From NCBI RefSeq assembly GCF_009834535.1, contig NC_045716.1, positions 24,552,001 through 24,616,000 of the forward strand: 64,000 nucleotides of DNA, in the 5' to 3' direction. The stretch is from Camelus ferus (Eukaryota). The position numbers were made by a program, and so were the translations under genes. Below, piece by piece: positions 11,153 to 21,200 of this stretch. Position 1 is the first letter of the stretch. Each line of letters begins with the position of its first letter. Under the pieces are notes generated by a model. It was not told where the DNA came from. It ran no database searches and was given only the letters and a program-made list of their open reading frames with translations.

Positions 11153-14100
11153 ATGTCATCGTATCTGAAGGAGCTGGAGAAATACAGAGACATAGATGAA
11201 GATGAGATCCTAAGGACTTTGAGCCCTGAGGAGCTAGAGCAGCTGGACTGCGAGCTACAGGAGATGGACCCCGAGGTAGGGGCTCTAGCCCAGGGAACCA
11301 GGGGCAGACCCCAGGCGTTTGGGAAGGGTGTGTGGCCCTGGGTGACTGAGACCTACAGGGCCTGGAGTCCCAAGAGGGCCAGGGAAAAGGTGTCTGGAGA
11401 TGTGTTAGGGGGCCCTGGAGGTGCCCCAGGTCAGAGCGGAGGTCTGACTTGCTCCCCAAAACTCATCCCTAAGAACATGCTCCTGCCAGCTGGACTAAGA
11501 CAACGTGACCAGACCAAGAAGAGCCCAACGGGGCCCCTAGACCGAGAGGCCCTTTTGCAGTACCTGGAACAGCAGGCACTAGAGGTCAAAGAGCGTGATG
11601 ACTTGGTGCCCTTCACAGGCGAGAAGAAGGGTATGGAGACCCCAACATCCTTGCCTCCCAGAACCCAGATGGTTGTCTCTCACGTTTCCCCCGCAGCTTC
11701 CCTCTCACCTTCCAGCTGCTAGCTGCCCAGGGACGCGGCTACCTGCATCTGCATGCCAGCTTGCACTCTTCAGCTCTTGTAAGAGATCAGGGGACCCAGG
11801 CGTCCTAAGCTTGTAGATGACTCAGGCTTTACAGTGGCTCCTAGTGACCCAGCAGTCAACCTCCTGGAGAAGGGAAGGAAGCTAGAGGCCAGGATCTTAG
11901 GAGAAATAACCTTTACCTGAACCATCTTCATCTCCCATCAGGGAAACCCTATATTCAGCCCAAGAGGGAAATTCCAGCAGAGGAGCAGATCACTCTGGAG
12001 CCTGAGCTGGAGGAGGCACTGGCCCATGCCACAGATGCAGAAATGTGTGATATTGCAGGTGGGCAGCAGTGGGAAGGTGAGGAGTTGGGAAGGTCAGGGG
12101 CAGGGGGCTCCTAGCCATGGTGTAGGACTAGCAGGGGGAGGCCCTGGATCAGGACATGGATAGTGGAGAAAGGCTCAGGTAGTAGCTTTTAATTTTTCTT
12201 ATTTGTTTTTATATTTATTCACTCATTTTTTTAATTTAGTAAGTTAACATCTCAGGGCAATTTTTCAGGGATTATAAAGTAAAACTATTCTGGCTGAAAA
12301 CAGGAGAGCGTCTGATTGACTCCCTCACCCTGTAGCAGCTCCTTAGGGACCTTCCCTTGGCCCTGTCTCAGTGTTGTAAAAACCACTGCCTTACGCAGTT
12401 TAATGGAAGGGACCCCTGGGACCAAGGGCAAGTGGGAACCTCTTTGGAAAAGTGGAAGAGGTGATGCTTTAAAAATGCAGTGGATTCAGAATGAGCTGGG
12501 GGGTGGGGAGGGGGCTGAAACAAGTCCCTTTTTCTCATTCCCTGTCCCTCCTCTGCTTACTCTCTCCAGCAATTCTGGGCATGTACACACTGATGAGCAA
12601 CAAACAATACTATGATGCTCTCTGCAGCGGAGAAATCTGCAACACTGAAGGCATTAGCAGTGAGTTTGGGGACATGGCCCTCAGGGCTCTTGGCAGGCAG
12701 TGCCAGGGTCTGAGCAAAGGTAGCAAAGGGGGAAACAGGTGAATCAGGGAGAGGAAGTGATGCATAAGTAAGGGATCCAATGGGGAGGAGACTGTGGGGG
12801 ACACGTCGGGGTTTCCTTCCTGCCCTTGCCACCAGGTGTGGTGCAGCCTGACAAGTATAAGCCAGTGCCAGATGAGCCCCCAAATCCCACAAACATTGAG
12901 GAGATACTGAAGAGTGTTCGAAGCAATGACAAGGAGCTGCAGGAGGTGAACCTCAACAATATACAGGTATCTGACCCTCATCTTCTAAGCAATAACAGTG
13001 GGGTAACTCTGCTGACAGATGTGAGTCTCCTAGCCCACCATCTCCTATTCCCCTTTGATAGGACATCCCGATACCCATGCTGACTGAGCTGTGTGAGGCA
13101 ATGAAGACAAATACCCATGTCCGGAGCTTCAGCCTGGTCGCCACAAGGAGTGGTGACCCCATTGCCAATGTAAGGCTAGTGGACATCCTTCGCCGTCTCC
13201 CTGCACCGTGACATGCACCGCTGGCAGGGCTGTTATAAAGGGTTGTGCTGGGGGTGCTACTCCCATCATGCTCTCTGAGGGGAGCCCTGCTGGAGATGCT
13301 TCCCCTCAGTCCTGCAGCTCACAGCTCTGAAATCCTACTAACGCGCCTCAATCCTCTGCCAGCGCCGACTCCACGGCATTTAATCTCCCTGCTCTCCCTA
13401 CTGCCTACTCTCACTTCGGTCTCCCTCTAGCCCCACCTACAGTGCCTCAAGCACTCTTCTCAAAGAGCTGTGTTTCCTTCTTGCTCCCGTTCTTTCTCTC
13501 CTCAGTCAAATGTGAAACTCTCCCCTAATCCTAACCCAAGTCCCTACTACCCAGGCCGTGGCTGACATGTTGCGTGAGAATCGTAGCCTCCAGAGCCTGA
13601 ACATTGAATCCAACTTCATCAGCAGCACAGGGCTCATGGCTGTGCTGAAGGCAGTTCGGGAGAATGCCACACTCACTGAGCTCCGTGTAGACAACCAGGT
13701 CAGCGCTCCCTTCCCCTGGACTCTGTAGTCAGCTAATACTCACTGAGCCTCTCCCTGAGGCAGCCCCTGGGGCAGGAGCTTATCTAATCTTGTTTGAACT
13801 CCCCATCTTTGTCCCTCTAAAGGAAGCCTAGGCAGCCCCTCTCATCACCCACTCTAGAGAAACAAGCCTCTTTGACCTCCCAAACGGTCAGTGGTCTGGG
13901 ACTGTGAACAACCCAGACAGGGTGGGTGACAGCTTCCATCTCTCCCTCCCCCAGCGCCAGTGGCCTGGCGATGCAGTGGAGATGGAGATGGCCACCGTGC
14001 TCGAACAGTGTCCCTCCATTGTCCGCTTTGGCTATCACTTTACGCAGCAGGGGCCCCGAGCTCGGGCAGCCCAGGCGATGACCCGGAACAATGAACTACG

Positions 14101-14478
14101 TGAGTAACTGCGGACGTGGTATGTGGGGGAGAGGGCAAGTAAGTGCGGCTGGTGGATCCTCCTGAAAGTTGACTTAGTGACTAACATCCCGAGTGGCTGC
14201 CAAAGCGATATTCACACGAGAAGTTCAAATCCAGTAAGTGATCAGAAAGTAGACAGAAAAGCCCCTCTGCGCAAACATCCCTGTTTGGAGGCATGGCATT
14301 TTTATTTGCTGTGTCGTTTCTTACTTTGTTACTGTGTTTGGTGGCCTAAGACATTACCTCTGTGAGTCTGGCCAAGGAACTGGAAAGGAGAAGAGCACCT
14401 TTGCAGGAAGCAAGAGACGGAATAATGACTTGTGTTTCCTATTCCTCCTTTACAGGTCGCCAGCAAAAAAAGAGATAA
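11153..14478 (+). CDS. TMOD4: Tropomodulin 4 (skeletal-muscle actin pointed-end capping protein), 345 aa
   Basis: Kozak GCCACCATG. Exons 11153-11275, 11474-11630, 11942-12058, 12570-12659, 12836-12966, 13062-13169, 13555-13698, 13955-14099, 14456-14478, all GT-AG, total 1038 nt. Reads MSSYLKELEKYRDIDEDEIL... through the LRR region (SLNIESNFIS) to ...RNNELRRQQKKR*. Confidence 0.97.
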
Positions 14479-14552
14479 CACTGCCTTTCCCTTTACCACC
14501 TAGAGCTAGGAGCCCTGAATGCTTAAATCCTCACCTGTCCCCCTTTCCTGTA

Positions 14553-14558
14553 AATAAA
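14553..14558 (+). terminator. TMOD4 polyadenylation signal
   Basis: AATAAA about 75 nt downstream of the TAA. Confidence 0.7.
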
Positions 14559-15142
14559 GGTCCTTCTGTCCACTCTGCTTGCCTCCTTCCTTGGACTTCG
14601 GGGTGGAAATCTTGGCGCTAACCCCCAAGAGTTACTGCCAGTTCACCAGGGGATTATTTATACTCTGGGGATCAGCAGGCTGGGAGGTTCAAGTTACTAG
14701 GAGGAGGTGGGGGGAGCGCCCTCCCTTGGTGTTCCCCATAACCCTGCCAATGCTTTTAGTCTCTTCTACTTTCACAGGGTGGCTAGCCCTGGCCCTGTTT
14801 CCAGACATGTCCAGGCGCTCCCCTCCCCTCCACCAACCAAGTACCTACCCAGAATCCTCATGTTATTTGAAGGAGGAAAGGACTTTGAGTGGAGGTGGGG
14901 AAGAAGGCAGGCAACATGAAGGGCAAAGACCTCCCTCTGACAGACTTATTAATAGGGCACCAGGCTGCATGCAGCTGACGCTTGGCATGGCTTTGGTAGA
15001 AGGTGGGGGAGGGGGTAGAAGTATGGGAGCTGTGTACATTGCAGGGAAGGATTGGCTGGGTGAGGAATGAACAGATCTGAAATCTTGAAATGGGATGAGG
15101 AACCAGACTCAAGGGAAGTTAGGCTCCCAGCTCCCACTGTAG

Positions 15143-15148
15143 TTTATT
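15143..15148 (-). terminator. SCNM1 proximal polyadenylation signal
   Basis: TTTATT on + (AATAAA on -), about 25 nt after the stop codon. Confidence 0.6.
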
Positions 15149-15172
15149 TGTGAACTGTCAGGAGAGAGGGTG

Positions 15173-17323
15173 TCAGTCCAACGGGAGATCAGGGGGTTCT
15201 TCCTCATCAGAGTCAAACTCAACATTCTCATCTTTTACCCATCGACCTTGTCCATCTGGGATCCATCCAGAGCTGGAAACATCAGAGAAAACAGAATTGA
15301 TCAGGAAAGGAAATTTATTAAGAAGTTAAGTGGGGATAAGAAAAAACAATTGAGAAGGTTTTGGAAAAAAGGAGGGTCAGAGAGAAAAGGGAAAATTTGA
15401 GGAAAGTGAGTCTGCATACTCACCTTCGAAGGGTTAGGTAATGATCCAGGGCCCGTCTTCTTGTGGGGCTCATGGGTGCAGCGGATGAGACAGTTGCTGA
15501 CTCCTTGGCCTGTGGGCCAGCCCCAGGCTCAGGGTCCCTATCTATCTTCCCACTTTGGGGTTCAACCTCTGGGGGTGGCAAAGGGGAATGAGAGACAGAG
15601 GGACGAGGGGTTTCTGGTCTGGATAGAGAAGAATCAAAGTCTGTAAAAGCAGTAAAGGAAAGGACCAAATCTCCTGTGACTCCCAACCCCTTAAAGCAGT
15701 GCTTCCTAATCTGTCTTCCTCAAGCTATCAGTAAGTGTTCTGCATAAAAAGTCTTTTGGAATCAAATGAACTTAGGAAAGGCTAAGTTAACCTTTTTCAG
15801 GTTTTTTTTTTTATCTTAAGACTTTGTAGAGCCCTTAAAATACACTAATATTTACTATTCTTCAAATAGGATTACAAAGCACCATTTCCCAAACTTTTCT
15901 TTAAAAGATGAAATTCCTTTTCCTGAAATACCAGTTGACTAGTCCTCAGAATACAATTTAGAAAACAATCATTTTACAGCCATCTATCTCCTGTCCCTCC
16001 CTACCTCTGGTTTTCCCAACCCACAGACCTGTACTTCCGGCGGCAGCAACTGTTATAGTGAGGAGCTCTGTGCAGAGCGCTCTGGGTGATAAGTCGAGTC
16101 TGGGTTAACAGAGGAGCCTGGCATGGAGATGGGAGACAAGAGTCAGAACCTTCAGAGCTAGAAAGAAGCCAAAGCGGGGAAGGGTATAGCTCAAGTGCGT
16201 GGGTGCATGCTTGGCATGCACGAGGTCCTGGGTTCAACCTCCAGTACCTCCACTAAAAACAAATAAATGAAATAAATTACCTCCCTCGCAAACAAAATAA
16301 AAAATTAATAAATTTTTAAGAAGAAAGAAGCTAAAGCCCTTCACGCCTACGGTGTGCTGACACAGCCCTGACTGGAACACATCCTCCCCTCTTTGATCAC
16401 CTCCACTTCGGCCTCTTCCCTCAGTTCATTCTGCTGTCTTGGATTCGGGTCCATACCCTTTCCTGGCTGCTGCTTGCCATAGAAAAGCTGCAGGCCTGAG
16501 GAAAAAGGGGAAGAGAATTAAAAGCAGAGCACCAAAAGTGGTCTGAAGAAATTTTAAGGATTTATTCTCTATCCCCTGCCTTCCCCCAAACTTACTGGAC
16601 AGATGTTTCTTGCCTCCACGGTGGGCAGTCAGCATGGCCAGGGTGTCCAGTACAGGTCGGTGGGGACAGATGGCACAAGCAAAGCTGGAGAGAAGGGAAG
16701 AAGATAACTGGTCCCTGGGGAGTGGAGTCTCTGCCTCCTTGTGGGTCCCCACCCTGTCCTAGCAGTCCTTTCCAAAGCCCAACTCCCAAGTCTCCCAATC
16801 TCCACCACCCACATCCCTGTCGCTCACTCCCCGCCAAAAAATCCTAGGTACTCCCGCTCTCCTCCTTAATAGCAAAAGCTTATTAAGCCTCTAACCGCAG
16901 AACCCTCAAGCTTGATTCACTCCTCGCCCTCACCGTCCATCCCGAAGCATCAGCGCCTCATCCTCTGGGATATAACTGGCCAGCAGATCCCCGACTCTTC
17001 TTTTCTGCAGGGGATAGGGGAAGAAGTCCGGAACGGGATCAGCTGGATAGGAGACAGGGATGGAAGGGAAATGACAGGGACGAGGGCTCAAAGGGAATAA
17101 AAACATGGGAAGAGCAGAGATTTGGGGCGAAGAGGGGGTCACCACCCAGCTCTAGTCGCCTGGCTCCCTCCGGGCGCCCAGCTCCCAGCTGTTGCCACAG
17201 CAACAATACAGCGCCTTCACAGCCTTCAGAAGACAGCTGAAGCTGCTCCAGACGCTCTCCTCTCGCGCTTACTTTGAGCACATTAAGTTGACTCCAATCG
17301 TCCCCTTCCCTCTTGAAAGACAT
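15173..17323 (-). CDS. SCNM1: Sodium channel modifier 1 (U1C-like C2H2 zinc-finger splicing factor, minor spliceosome), 229 aa
   Basis: Minus-strand exons 17323-17273, 17004-16934, 16684-16596, 16495-16401, 16117-16029, 15618-15424, 15272-15173, all GT-AG, total 690 nt. Reads MSFKREGDDWSQLNVLKKRRVGDLL...FACAICPHRPVLDTLAMLTAHRGGKKH...FDSDEEEPPDLPLD*. Confidence 0.96.
15697..15960. mobile_element. Degenerate hAT-Charlie (Charlie4z-like) element in SCNM1 intron 5
   Basis: CAGTGCTTCCTAA start and an internal ...CATTTCCCAAACTT segment; recognised from memory. Confidence 0.45.
16176..16321 (+). mobile_element. Vic-1-like SINE in SCNM1 intron 4
   Basis: GGGGAAGGGTATAGCTCAAG...GGTTCAACCTCCAGTACC plus tail. 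TSD AGAAAGAAGC(C/T)AAAGC at 16160-16175 and 16322-16337. Confidence 0.9.
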
Positions 17324-17329
17324 CACGTC

Positions 17330-18229
17330 TGTGAGCCCCAGAAATGACAAATTCTGCCGCGTCGCCTTCACCACTCCTTTCAGGCAGGCCACCGTAGCTA
17401 GAGCGGGACCTCTCCTTTCCTTCCGGTCTCTTTCCGGTTGGCCTCCTTACTTCCGGGGATGCGCTTCCACGCATGCACCGCGCGATTCCGAAAGCCCGCC
17501 TCCAGCCTGTTGAGGGGACTGCATTTCCTATGGTGCCCTGCGACCCCGCCCGCGCGGCGCATTTTGGGAAATGAAGTCTTTTGTCAAAGAGCTTGCCGCC
17601 CGGCTGGATCCAGGCCTTGCATCTTGGCAGATCTGAGGCGTTTAGAGGGACAAGACCCTAGATGTGGAGCCCGAGTTTGAGCGTGTGACTGATTTGATGT
17701 GGAGCGGACCTTTGAGGATCGCTGAGGGGAAACTGTGCTACAGCCTCTCGCAATCATCACAAGCTTCGTCTGCGGCCACAGCCCACCTGGGATGGGCCTG
17801 ATTTGTTCCTGACCCTAGCGGACCAACCCCGGGACGGGGCGGAGTTGGAGTGTCGGGGGACGGGGAGGTCAGGCTACCCGACCTGGGGGCAAACCGAGCG
17901 GAGTGTTGAGGACGGTGTCTAGAGTTCAAAGGTCAGAGGTCAATGCCGCTAGTTGCTGTCGGGGGTCGAAAGTCGGAGGGGTGCTAAGGAGGGACTCAGG
18001 TAGAGACTGAATAGTCAGGGTACAGACTTGTGGGAAAGGGACTTGGAGGGAGAAGAAGCAAGGGCTGAGAGGTCGGCTAGTGCCAGGAGAGGCGGGGAGA
18101 CTTAGGAGAGAAGACAGAAGGGGAAAGGAATCCTCTAGCTATCCGTTTCTAGACCCCGGATCCGTCATTATCGATCACTTAGCCGGGCCTCCTGCAGTTG
18201 CAACCCTCAGTTGTCCGCAGGGTGAGGAG
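17330..18229. promoter_or_regulatory. CpG-rich bidirectional promoter / 5'UTR region shared by SCNM1 and LYSMD1
   Basis: Head-to-head ATGs at 17323(-) and 18230(+). TTCCGG ETS motifs at 17421, 17432 and 17451, an NRF1-like CGCATGCA, and two ZNF143-like motifs at 17517-17536 and 17559-17578. Confidence 0.85.
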
Positions 18230-21200
18230 ATGGCTTCTCCCTCTAGACAGGCCCCCGTCGGAGGGTCAGGACTGCTTCGGGGGAGCCGGGCTCGTTCTTA
18301 TGGAAGCCTGGTGCAGTCTGCCTGCTCCCCAGTGAGGGAAAGACGACTGGAGCATCAGCTGGCGCCTGGAGACACCCTGGCTGGACTAGCACTCAAATAC
18401 GGGGTGACGGTGAGTCTCGCAGGATTGGAACTTAGAAGAGATTTATTCCTCAGGGGAATGTAGCGGCCCTCTGGGCAACTTCCCCTGAAATTTTCCTAGT
18501 TGTATCTAAATTAACTAATTGTGATACATTGTGATAGAAGTCCGGCCCACCTTTACCTTTTTGTTTGTTTTCCCATCTCAGTGTTGCACTGTCTGGTTGG
18601 GACAGATTTTGTGTCACTATCCCAGCGGAGGGGAGCAGCTCCTCTTTATTCCGCCAGTCACTGTACCAAAGACTTTACATCCATTAGCCCATTTGATCCT
18701 CACATCCCTATCAAGCATACAATCATTGTCCCCTTTTTAGAGATGAAGAAACTGAGACTTAGACTGGTTAACCAGTTTGACCAAGGTCAAATAACTAATA
18801 AGTGTTGGAGTGAAACAATTCAAACAGGTCTGTCTGATTCCAAAGCCCATACTATTAACCACATAGAAATTTTAATTGAGAGTGATTAAACATTTACAGG
18901 AAATAATGGAGAGCTGGTTTGGATCCCTGAGTTCCTTAAGTGCCTGTCTCTTCTTGTTCTTTTTCCCTCCTCAGTGTTCTGTCTTCTTTTCAGGAAAGTG
19001 GCCTCCTTGGTGCAAAACAGGTACTCTCTATGCCAAGCATCTCAGGTCATGCATAGGGTATATTTGGTAGGAGTAAAAATATATTGCTTTAGAGTTAATG
19101 AGGATTTCTTTTCCACATCCTGTTGAATTTAGCCAACATTTTTATGCTTGGTATGTTTAAAGCACTGTGATAACCATCTTAGGAGATAGAAACGTCTATG
19201 TATAGTTGCTGCCCTCTTGTAATGTACAGTCTAGTGAGAAGTACACAGGGACACAAATAATGATCGTAGGTGATAGAAGGTGGTGAGTTTGTAGAGGTGT
19301 TAACAAAGAGTGAGAAATCAGGAAAGAAGATTAATTTTTATTTGGAAGGGGACATTAGTGCAGATTTTAAGGGAGCCATCATGATGGGCCTTGAAAAACT
19401 TACAAGTTCCTTCCTCTATGCTCTTCTCTATAAACCTATGTGATCCAGTGGTTTACACCTTCTACATCTTTGTCTTTCCAATAGCCTATACTCTCTTTAA
19501 GGGACGGAACTATTTCCTTTCAATTTTATATCTCTAGAACCTGGCATAGTGCCCAGCACAAAGAGGCTCAATAGATGTTTTTTGAATGAATGAAAGTATG
19601 GCTAAGATTTCTACCCATGGAGACTGGGAGTATAGGAAAGTAAGCATTTGAAGCAGAGGGATTGCCTATCCAAAGGAAGTGGATATGAAAGTATTGAGCA
19701 GCCCTTTCATCCCAGCAGAGGCTCAGAGGCTGTGCAATGAAGGGACCTGTGCTGCTAGTGAATCAATAATTTTTTCTGAGGTTTCTTGCAGCCCTGTACC
19801 TTTCTGAGAACAGAAAAGCTCTATGGCCTAGTGAAGAAGTGTTCTGGGCTCTGGCCTCATCCTGCTGCTTACTAGTTGAGTGACTGAATAGTCAATCACT
19901 TCCCCTGCCTGGGTCCTCAGTTTCCTCACCATTTGTAAAATGAGGAAGATGTATCAAATAAAAAACTTAGGTAAATAAATTACCTAAGTTATTACCTACC
20001 GATCATTTAAGGAACCCTTAGTATGTGCCAAGCTCTGTATATTATCTCATATTATCTCCTTAAACCTTTATGAGGTAAGTGTAACTATTTCCATTTAAAG
20101 ATAAGGAATAATGAATTACTGTGTTGTACACCTGAAACTAATATAATATTGTAAGTCAATTTTACTTCGATGAAAACATTTTTTAAAGATAAGGAGGCTG
20201 AAGCTTAGGGAGATAACTTGCTATGACTATGTACAACTAGTCTAATTAGTAGAGCTAGAATTCAGACCAGGTTCTCTCATTCTCAAATCCTCACTTTGAA
20301 TTGCTCTATTAAACTGACTAGATTCTAATGGGCTTTCTATCTCTTGGTTTGATGGAAGTGGAACATTCTCTCCTTATATATACTTCTAGGAAATCATAAA
20401 AGCAATGGAAAGTTCACAGATTAATTCATATCATCTTGGAACTAGGAGGGACCTAGGATATTATCTAGGAAAAATAAAATTAATAGCATCAAAGCACTTG
20501 GCAAAGTAAAAGTACAAAACTACAAACCACTTTTAACTTTTTTTATTTTTCACATTTATCTGGTTTTATTTTTAAACTCTTTATAGTATAAAACTTTATT
20601 AGTCAAGTTTATTATAGTAGTCTTACCCCAGGGTGGAAACAGCTTTGATATTTGACAGATATAAGAATTATGATTTCTCAAACTGGTGCCAATATGGAAT
20701 GGATTTTTAGTAAAACTGGCTGCCTGGCCTCTGATAATAAAATACTGATACAGTATATCTGTGGATTCTGGATTTTATTACCTAGTTTATTTACTCATAA
20801 AGCATTCATGAGCTTCTGCTGTGTGCCAAGCTTGTGCAATGCTGAGGAGTGTCTTAGGGATACAGAGACAGCAAGTCACCAACCCTGCCCTTAAAGGACT
20901 CACAGTTTGGGCAAGACAAATAGGCAAAAAGGTGACTAACAATATAATAGGGTACGTATTATTACAACAATACTGACAGTATGCATTGGGAACCTTGAAG
21001 AAGATAACACAAAGGCAGTGATAGTTGAGGAGAAGCTTTCCAGGCAGAGAAGGGAATAATGGAGATGCAGTCCAGGCAGATAAAGACACAAAAGTGTGAA
21101 AGATCATGAAATGTTGGAAGAAAAGTGAAAAGTTTGGGATGGCAAAAATATATAAGTGGCAGAAGAAGGAAGATGTGAGTGGACATCCTAGGGGGGCTAG

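Noticed and set aside
11120-11722. 200-aa ORF running through TMOD4 intron 2
   Set aside because: Intron 2 (198 nt) happens to be open and in frame, the GTG start is upstream of a perfect Kozak ATG, and there is no evidence for retention.
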